Source of the DNA: Deltaproteobacteria bacterium
Lineage (GTDB): Bacteria > Desulfobacterota > Binatia > UBA12015
DNA: 27,546 bases
Assembly (NCBI GenBank): GCA_046583355.1
Contig: JAYGCM010000048.1
Span: 1 to 27,546 of the forward strand
Reading direction: 5' to 3'
Positions within the stretch are counted from its first letter, which is position 1. Each line of letters opens with the position of its first letter. The position numbers and the translations under genes are program-made. This document shows, piece after piece, positions 1 to 9,302 of the stretch. A model generated the notes under the pieces. That model saw nothing but the letters and a program-made list of their open reading frames with translations, did not search any database and was not told the origin of the DNA.

Positions 1-619
1 CCAATAGGCCGGCACCGACAATGCGGAGCAGGAAATTGCGCCGGCTGCGGGGGTGGAGAAAAAGCGAGACCAGAACCAGCGTAGCTGTCGTGAAGATGCC
101 CAAGGCGGCGGCGGCCGAAGCGATGGCGGCTCGCCCGAGAGACTCATGCGTCACCAGGAAAGCGAAGCCGACGATCAGGAAAAGCAATAAGGTAAGGTTG
201 GTCAGCAGGCCCTGGACAAAAGAGATCGTGACCGCGCGGCCTAGTGGAATACCATGCTTGCGGAATAGATACATCCGCGCCGCAAAGCCCGAGAGCCCGC
301 CGGTGGAAACGATATAGTTGATGGTATTGGAGACATAGGTGATGCGGTGCATCTCCCTGAAGCCGATGCTTTTATGCGCCGCTGTTGCGATGCCTTCGTA
401 GGAGGCGGCCATGAGTGCGTAGCTGATCAGCGTAGCCGCGATGGGCAGGAGCACGGCGACCCAGGAGATTTTCGTGGCCGCTGCCATCAGGGCGCGGCCG
501 TCGCTGGCAAACCAGGCAAGCCCGACGGCTACGAGTATGACGGTAACGAGGCCGAGAAGGACGCGGCGGGTACGATGCGATTTGGCGCGGGCGTCGCTTT
601 GTGATTTTGGCTGGCTCAT
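1..619 (-). CDS. Lysylphosphatidylglycerol synthase TM-domain / UPF0104 flippase-like membrane protein (3' end outside window)
   Basis: Not in the ORF track because it has no stop in the window. Manual translation from ATG 619 (ATGA overlap with the upstream stop) gives MSQPKSQSDARAKSHRTRRVLLGLVTVILVAVGLAWF...ITYVSNTINYIVSTGGLSGFAARMYLFRKHGIPLGRAVTISFVQGLL. It has multiple TM helices and the N-x-x-x-x-GG...R..L pattern typical of this family. Confidence 0.75.
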   Translation of the reverse strand, partial: MSQPKSQSDARAKSHRTRRVLLGLVTVILVAVGLAWFASDGRALMAAATKISWVAVLLPIAATLISYALMAASYEGIATAAHKSIGFREMHRITYVSNTINYIVSTGGLSGFAARMYLFRKHGIPLGRAVTISFVQGLLTNLTLLLFLIVGFAFLVTHESLGRAAIASAAAALGIFTTATLVLVSLFLHPRSRRNFLLRIVGAGLL

Positions 620-1665
620 GCTGCGTGCGGGCCTTTAGCGGTTCTAGCCCGTCGGGCACCCATCAGCCATGCCGCGACCCCGCCGAGCGGCCCGCCGAGC
701 AAGGCGCCGACGATCACGGCACCAAAGAGTTCGCGAAAGGTCGGCTCTACGGACCCGATGGCGGGGAACGCCAATGCCCCGGCCCACGCGGCACCCGTGG
801 CGATGGTGAGCGAAGCTGCGGTGCGGCCGGCGCCCGAGGCGCGGTCGAATCGGGCCGCGCCCAGGAGGAGCAGTAGACCGGCGGCGATGCTCAGCCATAG
901 CGGTGGCTGGGCATGGGGCCGCAAGCCGATTGTCAGCCGCTCCTGGGCCTGCCCCCGTACTTGGAAGGAGGTGATGGCCGCGCCGGAATCCGACAGCGGC
1001 GGCAACGTGCCCAAGGCGACGATCCGCGAGATCCCGGCGGCAGAGTTCTCCTGGCTTCCCTCTCGATCGGTGGCAAAGGATTTCAGAAAACGGCCATGCA
1101 GGCGGCGGTCCGGATCCGGTGGGTTGCGGACGGCAAGGTCCCAACTCGCCGCACGCGTCGTGCCCGGCAGGCCGGCGCGCAGATGGCCGATGATTTCGAC
1201 ATCGAGCTTGCGTCCCAGGGTGGCCGTGGGGAAGGCCACGGGCAGGGCGGCGCGGGTCAGATCCAAAGTCGCCAGCCGCAGGGGCGGGTAGAGTCGCTGG
1301 GCGATCGGGTAGCAGAGCGTGAGCAGCCAGACGCCGGCGAAAAGCAGGGCTTGTCGACGTTCGTTTCCTGCAAGCCGGCTGCGGTAGCGCAGGGGAAAGT
1401 ACAGGACGGTGAGGAGAAGGAGAAAGGATCCCGCCGCGAGCGCCGTCTGTGTACCAACCAGGTCGAGGTTGCCCAGGGTGTAGATCGCAACGAAGGCGGT
1501 GAGGGCGAGCGCGGGCGGAGCGAGCATGATCAGCAGCCGGCGCTGCGCGTATCCGCCGGCGATAGCGCGTTTGCGCGTAACGAAACGCCGCTTGCGGCGG
1601 CGGGAGGAAGCGGCCATTCGTCTCGATAGCATGATCGCCTGTCCGGGCCGAAGCCACGGATTCAC
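616..1665 (-). CDS. Hypothetical integral membrane protein (N-terminal TM helices, soluble middle domain, C-terminal TM helices)
   Basis: 3' part of ORF 616..1881. GTG at 1665 has AAAGGA just upstream; alternative ATGs lie at 1632 and 1617. About 3 hydrophobic segments at each end. Its stop overlaps the next start (ATGA). Confidence 0.65.
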   Translation of the reverse strand: MNPWLRPGQAIMLSRRMAASSRRRKRRFVTRKRAIAGGYAQRRLLIMLAPPALALTAFVAIYTLGNLDLVGTQTALAAGSFLLLLTVLYFPLRYRSRLAGNERRQALLFAGVWLLTLCYPIAQRLYPPLRLATLDLTRAALPVAFPTATLGRKLDVEIIGHLRAGLPGTTRAASWDLAVRNPPDPDRRLHGRFLKSFATDREGSQENSAAGISRIVALGTLPPLSDSGAAITSFQVRGQAQERLTIGLRPHAQPPLWLSIAAGLLLLLGAARFDRASGAGRTAASLTIATGAAWAGALAFPAIGSVEPTFRELFGAVIVGALLGGPLGGVAAWLMGARRARTAKGPHAA

Positions 1666-1696
1666 TCGGGTCCTTTCGCGCAGGCGGTACTGGGCC

Positions 1697-2926
1697 TTAA
1701 GCGCGGATGACCCCCGGAGGGTTGTAGCTATGGCCGGGAAAAACGATGTCGAGGGCTGGATTGCCAAGATGCTCGCGGACGATCTCGGCAAAGAGGTCGC
1801 GGAAATCCGTTGTGACGGCGAGGTCCCGACCCTGGTAGAGGTCGTCCGGCGCAAGCCCGGGCCAGCCGCCATGGACTCCACCCGCCACCGTGCCGCCCAG
1901 CGCCATCATGGCCGTACCATGGCCGTGGTCGGTGCCGCCCGATCCATTCTGTGCCGCCGTGCGACCGAACTCGCTCATTGTCAGGAGGCAGACATCCGCC
2001 ATTTCGTCACCGAGGTCCTGGCGAAAGGCGGCGATCGAATCGGCCAACTCGCGCAGGCGATCAGCCAGGTTGCCTTGCGTACTTCCCTGGTTGGCGTGCG
2101 TATCCCAGCCGCCGCAAGACAAGAAGGCGATCTCGAGACCGACCTCGGCGCGCAATACCTGGGCGACCTCGCGCAGTTGGCGTCCGAGCATGCTCTGCGG
2201 GTAGACGGCCCCGTTTTGCGGCGTATAGCCCTGCTCGCCGAGGGCGGTGAAAATCTCGTAGTTCGCGAGCGTCTCCTGCACTGTTTTGCCGAGGAAATCC
2301 TCGCGCGCGCCATACATTTCGTGGATGGCCTGGCGCACAATCTCTCCCTCCTGCCCGCGGCCGAGATTGAGTTCCGTCAGGGTATTGGCCGCATAGATAT
2401 CCGCCGGGCCCGAGAGGATCCGCGGTGTGGTGCTGGTGACCGATACGGCGCGCAGGCTCGGGCTGCCCGTGGTGGCCTGGAGGTGGCGGTTCAGCCAGCC
2501 GTCGGCCGCTCCGAGCATACCTGGCAAACCAGTTTCCATGAAATCCTGCGCGTCAAAATGGGAACGGGTGGGATCGGGCGAGCCGCAGGCATGAACCACG
2601 GCCAACTCCCCGGCGTCCCAGGCCGGCAGCAGCGATGCCATGGCCGGGTGGAGGCCGAAGAGGCTGTCGAGAGCGAGTGCGCCACCATTTTGCGAGGGGG
2701 AGGGAATGGCGGTTTCCTGCCGCAGGGAAAGATAGGTCGGGTCGCCATAGGGCACGAACATGCTGAGGCCGTCCACGGCACCGCGCTGGAAGATGGATAC
2801 GAGAATCCGGTGCGGCCCTGCGGCCAGCGCTGGGCGCAGGAGAAGTTTCGGCGCCATGCCGAGGCTGGTGCCGAGAAGGAGTCCTCCCTGCAGGAGGCGA
2901 CGACGTGTCAATCCATTTTTTTCCAT
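1697..2926 (-). CDS. DUF1501 family Tat-exported protein
   Basis: Twin-arginine signal TRRRLLQGG. Motifs FQRGAVDGL, GLHP, RSHFDAQD, GGWDTH, MSEFGRT, NGSGGTDHG, DFR. Strong SD GAAGGAGG before ATG 2926. Confidence 0.9.
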   Translation of the reverse strand: MEKNGLTRRRLLQGGLLLGTSLGMAPKLLLRPALAAGPHRILVSIFQRGAVDGLSMFVPYGDPTYLSLRQETAIPSPSQNGGALALDSLFGLHPAMASLLPAWDAGELAVVHACGSPDPTRSHFDAQDFMETGLPGMLGAADGWLNRHLQATTGSPSLRAVSVTSTTPRILSGPADIYAANTLTELNLGRGQEGEIVRQAIHEMYGAREDFLGKTVQETLANYEIFTALGEQGYTPQNGAVYPQSMLGRQLREVAQVLRAEVGLEIAFLSCGGWDTHANQGSTQGNLADRLRELADSIAAFRQDLGDEMADVCLLTMSEFGRTAAQNGSGGTDHGHGTAMMALGGTVAGGVHGGWPGLAPDDLYQGRDLAVTTDFRDLFAEIVREHLGNPALDIVFPGHSYNPPGVIRA

Positions 2927-2937
2927 TGATTCCTCCT

Positions 2938-3809
2938 TCATTGCAATTGAAATTCGGGGCTCGCGAGGACCAACGCGGCGAGCAGGCGGGCGCTCGCACC
3001 CCGTGCGGCTGCCTTACGCAAGGCAGCACTGGTAGATTCGGTGGGCCAGCGCCCGAGGATATAGACTGCCAGTCCGTCCGTGCCGATGAAATCAATCACT
3101 TCCTGCCACTCCACCGGGGAGTATTCGATAAAGGGAATGGTCCCGGCTGCGATCTCCCAAGCATGCTCGAAACGGGCCACCATGGCGCCTGAGCTGAGGA
3201 ATTCGTCGCCGCGCTCCGGCCATCCGGTCGGTGGCGGGGCGGCCATCATGGGTTGCCCAAGGGCACCGACGCTGCGGAATGCGGGGAAGCCGACGATCAC
3301 GTCCGCACCGGTTGCGCGCAGACCGCTCGCGACCAGCTCCAGTGGAGTTTTTACCTTATTGCCGCGAAAGGAGGGGTCGTAGAAGGTCTCGCTACTGAGG
3401 ATGACGGCGACAACCCAGGCTAGATGACCGTCGGTGGCGAGGTAGATATCGCGGGCCAGCGCGACGAGTTCGGGCGGTGGCGCGCAGGAGGTCCTCGAAA
3501 CGGCCGAGGACGTGCGGGCGGATGGCATCGCGCAGGTAGCGTACGATGGTGTAGCGGGTCGGCGATCCCGTCTGGCATGAGCTGTCTGCCGATCCATCCG
3601 TTGCGGCCCATGCGGCGTACCTCCTGGATTTCTCCTGGCGCCAGGCCGAAGGTGGCCCGCTGGAGGAGGTGGCGGATCCGTGCGTCCTCCGCGGCTGTCG
3701 CCGATGCCATGGCAGCCGGGCCGAGCAGGAAGAGTGTCAGGAGGCTGGCCCTTCCGACCCATCGCGCGATTCCTCGCATTGCCGATATCCGCTGAAAGAG
3801 TTCCATCAT
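2938..3809 (-). pseudogene. DUF1800 family gene, internally deleted and frameshifted (three fragments)
   Basis: Frame A (3809-~3557): signal peptide plus HLLQRATFG...WIGRQL. Frame B (~3556-3473): RYTIVRYLRDAIRPHVLGRFEDLLRATA. Frame C (~3481-2938): PPPELV...KVKTPLE...LGQP...PTGWP...SPEFQ. It lies directly upstream of DUF1501, the usual partner. Confidence 0.8.
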
Positions 3810-3896
3810 CTACTCCGATGCGCTCGGCATGGGATGTGTAAAGCCCGGCTGGCGCTCCCGCATCCTGCTCGGAAACTGGCGCTGATGGAAGCTGGC

Positions 3897-5255
3897 TCAG
3901 CTGCCGGCGATGGTCATCTCGCCAATCCGCAAGGATGGCGAGGCGATGCCACTCCGTGGCCGCAGGTCGTCGCCCACGGCATCGATGGCAAGGTACATAT
4001 CGAGCAGGTTGCCGGCGATGGTGATCTCTTCGACCGCAAACGCGATGGCGCCATCCTCGATCCAGAGGCCGCTGGCACCGCGGGAATAATCGCCCGTATT
4101 GGGGTTCACGCCCATGCCCGAGAGGCTCGTCACCAGCAATCCGCGCGAGACGCCGGCCAGCATAGCGGCCGGGCTGGTTGTGCCGGCTGCGATATGGAAA
4201 TTGGTCGGACTGGCACCGGGTGCATCGCTCAAGGAGCGGCTGGCATTTCCGGTGGAGGCCATGCCGAGTTTGCGCGCCGCGTAGGTGTCGAGCAGGAAAT
4301 TCTCGAGGCGTCCCTGGTCTACAATGGTCGAGCGCCGGGTTGGTAATCCCTCGGCGTCAAAAGGCCGCGAGGCGGGGCCGTCGTCCAGGCGGCCGTCGTC
4401 GACGATCGTTAGCAGGGGCGAGGCGATGGTATCGCCGAGTCGCTCGCGCAAAAAGGACATGCCGCGGTAGAGTGCGCCACCACAAATCGCCGAGGCCAAA
4501 TGGCCGGCGAGGCTGCCGGCGACCGGCGCCTCGAAGATGACCGGTGCTCGGGTGGTGGGGATTTTGCGCGCGCCGAGGCGCCGAAGAGTGCGCTCCGCAG
4601 CGACTCTGCCGATTTCTTCGGGCGTGGCCAGAGCGTTACGTCGACGGCTGCTATCCCACCAATAATCACGCTGCATGGCGCCGTCGTTCTCGGCCAAAGG
4701 GGCGACGGATAGCGAGTAGGAGGTGGTATGGTACTCGCCCTGAAAGCCTACGGAAGATGCGTAGCCAATATGATTGGTAGACTCCGAGAAGGTGGCGCCC
4801 TCGGAGTTGCGGATGCGCGGGTCGGCATCCAATGCTGCTTCTTCGCAGCGGCGCGCCAGAGCGATCGCGGCATCGCCGTCGGGTTCGAATTTTTCGGCAT
4901 CGGCAAGCACGAGTGCCGGCGGGGCGGTTTCGAGCTGGCCGGGTTGCGGTAGGCCGGCCTCGGGGTCCGGACTGAGCACCTTGGCCATCTCGATAATGTC
5001 ATTGACAAAGGAGTCCAGCGAGTCATCGCTCAGGTCAGCGGTCGAGGCGATCGCGCTTGCCTGGCCGTGGAAGCAGCGCACTCCGACGCGCCTCTCACGG
5101 CAGAGTTCGACCGATTCGACTTCGCGCAACCGGACGCTGGCGGAATGGGAATCGTGTTCGAGCACCACGGCGTCGGCGGCGCTGGCGCCGCGCCCCAATG
5201 CCTTTTCCACGCAACGCGCCGCCAGTTCCGAGGGGTTGCCACGCTTGGTGCTCAT
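3897..5255 (-). CDS. pmbA: TldE/PmbA metallopeptidase subunit
   Basis: Motifs SRPFDAEG, STGNA, GVNPNTGDYSRGASG, EEITIAGNL. No HExxxH. ATGA-coupled to tldD. Confidence 0.92.
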   Translation of the reverse strand: MSTKRGNPSELAARCVEKALGRGASAADAVVLEHDSHSASVRLREVESVELCRERRVGVRCFHGQASAIASTADLSDDSLDSFVNDIIEMAKVLSPDPEAGLPQPGQLETAPPALVLADAEKFEPDGDAAIALARRCEEAALDADPRIRNSEGATFSESTNHIGYASSVGFQGEYHTTSYSLSVAPLAENDGAMQRDYWWDSSRRRNALATPEEIGRVAAERTLRRLGARKIPTTRAPVIFEAPVAGSLAGHLASAICGGALYRGMSFLRERLGDTIASPLLTIVDDGRLDDGPASRPFDAEGLPTRRSTIVDQGRLENFLLDTYAARKLGMASTGNASRSLSDAPGASPTNFHIAAGTTSPAAMLAGVSRGLLVTSLSGMGVNPNTGDYSRGASGLWIEDGAIAFAVEEITIAGNLLDMYLAIDAVGDDLRPRSGIASPSLRIGEMTIAGS

Positions 5256-6709
5256 GAACCAGTCCCGCCAATGGTGAGACCGTCGATGCGGGTGGTCGGG
5301 AGTCCCACACCGACCGGGACGGATTGGCCGTCCTTGCCGCAGACGCCGATGCCTTCATCGAGGGCGAGGTCGCAGCCAACGCGCGAGATGCGGGTCAGCG
5401 CATCGGGGCCGTTGCCGATGATGGTGGCACCCTTGAGGGGCGCACCGACCTTGCCTCCCTCGATGCGGTAGGCTTCGCGGGCCGAGAAAACGAATTTTCC
5501 GTTGGTGATATCCACCTGGCCACCGCCAAAGGAAACGGCGTAAATTCCGGAATCGACCGAGCGCAGGATATCGGCCGGGTCGTCCTCGCCGGCCAGCATG
5601 AAGGTATTGGTCATGCGCGGCAGCGGCGCGTGCATGAAGCTCTCGCGCCTTCCGTTGCCGGTGCAGGCGACCCCCATGAGGCGCGCATTGAGGCGATCTT
5701 GCAGATAACCCGTAAGGCGGCCTTTCTCGATCAAGGTGGTTCTTCCCGTGGGCGTGCCCTCGTCGTCCATATTCAGCGAACCGCGTCGGCCTTCGAGCGT
5801 GCCATCATCGACGACGGTGCACAGCTCCGAGGCGACCTGCTCGCCGATGCGACCGGTAAAGGCGGAAGTTTTTTTGCGGTTGAAGTCCCCCTCCAGGCCG
5901 TGCCCGACTGCCTCGTGGAGCAGGACGCCCGGCCAGCCGGGGCCGAGTACGACGGTCATCTCTCCGGCCGGAGCCGGCTGTGCGCCGAGGTTCACGATCG
6001 CCTGACGCGCGGCCTCGCGAGCAAAATCGAGCACGCGTTCCTCGTCGTCGAGGAAGACTCCGAAGGAGAAGCGTCCGCCGCCGCCGGCGCTGCCGGTCTC
6101 GCGGACGCCTTTTTCCTCGGCGATGCAGGTGACATTCACCCGCACCAGCGGTTGCGTGTCGGCGACAAGGACGCCCTCGGAATTGGCGACCACGATCTGC
6201 TTTTCCTCGATCGCGACATTCGCCATCACGTTGGTGATCCGCGTATCGAAGCTACGCGCGACGCGGTCGATTTTCTCCAGCAGCGCAATCCGGTCGGGCA
6301 GGGGGCGCGTGATGCCGTCTGGTGGGATGGGGTAGAGGTCGTGTTTAGGAGCCGCAGGCAGGCCGCCCACGCGCACGCGCCTCTCGTCTCCTATGCCGTC
6401 GGCGATGGTGCGTGCGCTTTTGGCGGCGAGTTGGAGTGAATCGAGCGAGACCTCATCGGAGTAGGCAAAGCCGGTTTTCTCGCCGGCCAGTACGCGTACG
6501 CCGACACCCTTGGAAACACTGGCGTTGGCCCGTTTCACCAGCCCTTCTTCGAGGCCGATATGGGTGGTTTCGCGGGTCTCGAAATAGAGATCGGCAAAAT
6601 CGGCACGGCGTGCCAGGGCACCCGCTAGCGTCGTTTCGAGCTGGCGGCTGTCGAGGCCGAAATGGCCTGTGAGAAGTGTCTCGGCCGAATCGGCGTCTGT
6701 ATGGTTCAT
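5252..6709 (-). CDS. tldD: TldD metalloprotease catalytic subunit
   Basis: GWPGVLLHEAVGHGLEGDFNRK (HExxxH), PRMTNT, GGQVDITNGKFVF, GVCGKDGQSVPVGVG. Confidence 0.95.
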   Translation of the reverse strand: MNHTDADSAETLLTGHFGLDSRQLETTLAGALARRADFADLYFETRETTHIGLEEGLVKRANASVSKGVGVRVLAGEKTGFAYSDEVSLDSLQLAAKSARTIADGIGDERRVRVGGLPAAPKHDLYPIPPDGITRPLPDRIALLEKIDRVARSFDTRITNVMANVAIEEKQIVVANSEGVLVADTQPLVRVNVTCIAEEKGVRETGSAGGGGRFSFGVFLDDEERVLDFAREAARQAIVNLGAQPAPAGEMTVVLGPGWPGVLLHEAVGHGLEGDFNRKKTSAFTGRIGEQVASELCTVVDDGTLEGRRGSLNMDDEGTPTGRTTLIEKGRLTGYLQDRLNARLMGVACTGNGRRESFMHAPLPRMTNTFMLAGEDDPADILRSVDSGIYAVSFGGGQVDITNGKFVFSAREAYRIEGGKVGAPLKGATIIGNGPDALTRISRVGCDLALDEGIGVCGKDGQSVPVGVGLPTTRIDGLTIGGTGS

Positions 6710-6733
6710 CGGTGGCAGGTTTCCTCTCCCTCT

Positions 6734-6761
6734 AGGATCGCCACCCGACCGCCCATGTCAA
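6734..6761 (-). promoter_or_regulatory. Putative sigma-70 promoter for the tldD operon (TTGACA-N16-GATCCT)
   Basis: Perfect -35 TTGACA on the minus strand at 6761-6756 and a -10-like GATCCT at 6739-6734, ahead of a purine-rich SD and ATG 6709. Confidence 0.45.
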
Positions 6762-6850
6762 CCCGGCGGCGGGATCGCGGGCGATGGACAATCCCCGCGC
6801 GGATCGATTAAGCTTGCCCCATCGCGGCCTCTGGCGGCGGTTTCATTCCC

Positions 6851-7864
6851 ATGGCGCAACTCAAAGCTCCGCTGGCTTCCTTGATGCCGGCCCTCCAGGG
6901 GGCCGATCCAGTCATCATTCTGCCACACGATAATCCCGACCCGGATGCGCTCGCGAGCGCATCTACTCTGCAATATATCCTCGCCGAACTCGGGGTCGCC
7001 AAATCGATCATCGCGTTGGGCGGAATTATCGGTCGGGCCGAGAATCGCGCGATGGTGAAATATCTCAACATCTCGCTGGTGCCGATTCGCGAAATCGATT
7101 TTTACGCGGATTGCAAAATCGTCTTGGTCGATACCCAGCCGGGCCGGGCCAATAATTCTCTGCCCGAAGATGTGGCCGCGACCGCAGTGATTGATCATCA
7201 TCCGGCCTATTCGGAGATGCCCGAGGTTGCCTACGTCGACCTGCGCGAGGGCTATGGCGCGACCTCGACGATTCTTACGGAGTATCTGCGCGACTCACAC
7301 GTCGCCGTCGAGAGCAAGATTGCGACGGCGCTTTTCTACGGTATCAACGCCGAGACCCAGGACCTCGGCCGGGAGTCGACGGAAGCCGATTTCGCCGCCA
7401 GCCATTTCCTCTATCCCTATGCGAACAAACGGCGGCTCGGGAAAATCGAGAACGCCCGAGTGCCGCGGGAATATTTCCGCGCCTTCCGCGACACGATCGC
7501 TGCGGCCGAGATCTACGGCAACCTGGTTGTCTCGGATGTTGGTGATGTGCGCTACCCGGATATGGTCGCCGAGATGGCCGACTTTCTTCTCCGCCTCGAC
7601 GAGGTCGAATGGGCGGTCGCGATCGGCTCCTATCGCGCCAACCTCTATGTCTCGTTGCGCACCACCGACCGAGAGGCCAACGCAGGGGCGGTTCTGCAGA
7701 AGGTATTGGGCAGTCGCTCGGCCGGCGGGCACGATATGATCGCCGGTGGCCGCGTGGCTGTCGATGGTCCGGGGCTGGAGCGCGAAAAGGTCGCCTTGCG
7801 CGTCAAGGAACGGCTGCTCAAGCGCATCGGCGTCGAGAACGAAGAACGCCGCGACCTGGTCTAG
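6851..7864 (+). CDS. DHH family phosphoesterase (NrnA/oligoribonuclease-pAp phosphatase-like)
   Basis: HDNPDPDALAS (motif I), LVD, IDHH, GATSTIL, C-terminal SLR...GGH (DHHA1). Confidence 0.88.
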   Translation: MAQLKAPLASLMPALQGADPVIILPHDNPDPDALASASTLQYILAELGVAKSIIALGGIIGRAENRAMVKYLNISLVPIREIDFYADCKIVLVDTQPGRANNSLPEDVAATAVIDHHPAYSEMPEVAYVDLREGYGATSTILTEYLRDSHVAVESKIATALFYGINAETQDLGRESTEADFAASHFLYPYANKRRLGKIENARVPREYFRAFRDTIAAAEIYGNLVVSDVGDVRYPDMVAEMADFLLRLDEVEWAVAIGSYRANLYVSLRTTDREANAGAVLQKVLGSRSAGGHDMIAGGRVAVDGPGLEREKVALRVKERLLKRIGVENEERRDLV

Positions 7865-7906
7865 AGGCGCGGCCGAAAAGTAGGCCTGCATCCGGGCGCC
7901 TCTAGA
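7860..7906. terminator. Inverted repeat between convergent DHH and queG genes
   Basis: Perfect 11-bp arms TCTAGAGGCGC (7860-7870) / GCGCCTCTAGA (7896-7906), with an inner GGCC..GGCC stem. No U-tract. Confidence 0.5.
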
Positions 7907-7920
7907 GGTCGGGCATTTCT

Positions 7921-9054
7921 CTAAGAGCGCGAATCGTCGGGCGCTGGCGAGAGTAGGTGGTCGAGCGTGTGGCGGGCTTCGGCGACGACGCTGGGGTCGT
8001 CATCGCGGGCCGCACGGTCCAGGTATTCGCGGCGCCTGGGGGTTTCGCCTGCGAGTTGGCCGATTGCCCAGGCCGCGTGTTCGCGCACCAGCGGGGCGGG
8101 GTTCTGAAGAGCATCGGCCAGTGCCGGCAGGATCGCCGGGTTGCCGGTATTGCCCGCGACCACGGCGGCGTTGCGCTGCAGGCGCACCAGGCCGGTTCGT
8201 TCGAGCGAGGTGTCGGCAAAGCGCCGCGCAAAGCCGGCCTCGTCGAGCGCCAAAATTCCCGCCAGGGGCGGATGGAGCGCGGCATCGTAATCGCCGGGTG
8301 CATTCCACGGGCAGACGATCTGGCAGAGATCGCAGCCAAAGATCCACTCGCCGGTTTTAGTGCGCAGCCCGCGCGGGATGGCGCCGCGCGATTCGATGGT
8401 CAGGTAGGAGAGGCAGAGGCGTGGGTCGAGGTCGGCGGGGCCGCGGATGGCTTCGGTCGGGCAGACGTCGATGCAGCGCGTGCAGGTGCCGCAATGCTCT
8501 ATGGCCTTCTCGTCGGGGTCGAGTTCGAGGTCGATGAGGATCTCGCCGAGAAAGCCCCACGAGCCACCGTCGCGATCCAGCGTGAGGGTATGTTTGCCGG
8601 TCCAGCCGACGCCGGCGCGCGCCGCCCATTCGTGTTCGAAGACGGCTCCGGTGTCGACATAGGTGCGGGTGCGGCAACCCGGGATGAGTTCTTCGATGGC
8701 GCGCGCCCAGAGCGCCAGGCGTTCGGCGACCACGCGGTGGTAGTCAGGGCCGAGCGCGTAGGCGGCGATGCGGCCACGCATCTCGTCGCGCCACGCCACC
8801 GGTGCGGCCGCCGGCGGGAGGTAGGGGAAACTCGCTGAGAGAATCGAGCGTGCCCAGGGGAAACGGGTGCGTGGGTCGAGGCGCGCCTTTTTGTGGTGCT
8901 CAAGGTAGCGCATATCGCCGGCCCGCCCTTGCGCTAGCCAGTCCTCGAAATAGGCGCGGCGCGGCAATGCCTCGAGTGCGGTTACTCCTGGCCGGCGGAA
9001 GCCCAGGTGTTCGGCCGCTGTGAGAATGGCCTCTTTGTGATCGGCATGCTGCAC
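7921..9054 (-). CDS. queG: tRNA epoxyqueuosine(34) reductase
   Basis: YALGPDYH, VDTGAVFE, AGVGWTGK, Fe-S motifs CGTCTRCIDVCP and GCDLCQIVCPWN, C-terminal HEAT-like repeats. Start placed at GTG 9054; the upstream part of ORF 7921..9672 overlaps the sigma gene. Confidence 0.92.
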   Translation of the reverse strand: MQHADHKEAILTAAEHLGFRRPGVTALEALPRRAYFEDWLAQGRAGDMRYLEHHKKARLDPRTRFPWARSILSASFPYLPPAAAPVAWRDEMRGRIAAYALGPDYHRVVAERLALWARAIEELIPGCRTRTYVDTGAVFEHEWAARAGVGWTGKHTLTLDRDGGSWGFLGEILIDLELDPDEKAIEHCGTCTRCIDVCPTEAIRGPADLDPRLCLSYLTIESRGAIPRGLRTKTGEWIFGCDLCQIVCPWNAPGDYDAALHPPLAGILALDEAGFARRFADTSLERTGLVRLQRNAAVVAGNTGNPAILPALADALQNPAPLVREHAAWAIGQLAGETPRRREYLDRAARDDDPSVVAEARHTLDHLLSPAPDDSRS

Positions 9055-9236
9055 CTGCCGGGCCTCTAGCAGAATGCGTTTGCACCGTCGCAAAGCTGAC
9101 GACCGCCGCCGACGTGGCGGTGAACGCATGGGCGCCGGCCCTTGCAGGTGCCGCGGCGAGCGCCAAGGGGTCTGGAAATCAGGCGCGAACTCTTGCTTTT
9201 TCAGTCCGCCGATCGGCAGGCCATCGCTTTGCGCTG

Positions 9237-9252
9237 CGGCACGAGGGTTGCA
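9237..9252 (+). promoter_or_regulatory. Putative sigma-54 (-24/-12) promoter
   Basis: CGGCAC-GAGGG-TTGCA matches (T)GGCAC-N5-TTGC with exact GG-N10-GC spacing, about 50 nt upstream of the sigma gene. Confidence 0.6.
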
Positions 9253-9302
9253 GCGCCTAAGGGCGGCAGGCGGGTCCTGCCGTCGGCAGAAGGGGGCGCG
9301 GG

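Noticed and set aside
1499..2929. 476-aa plus-strand ORF
   Set aside because: Antisense shadow of DUF1501.
3473..3563. Programmed ribosomal frameshifting restoring DUF1800
   Set aside because: No slippery heptamer at either junction, and conserved core blocks are physically missing, so recoding could not give a full protein.
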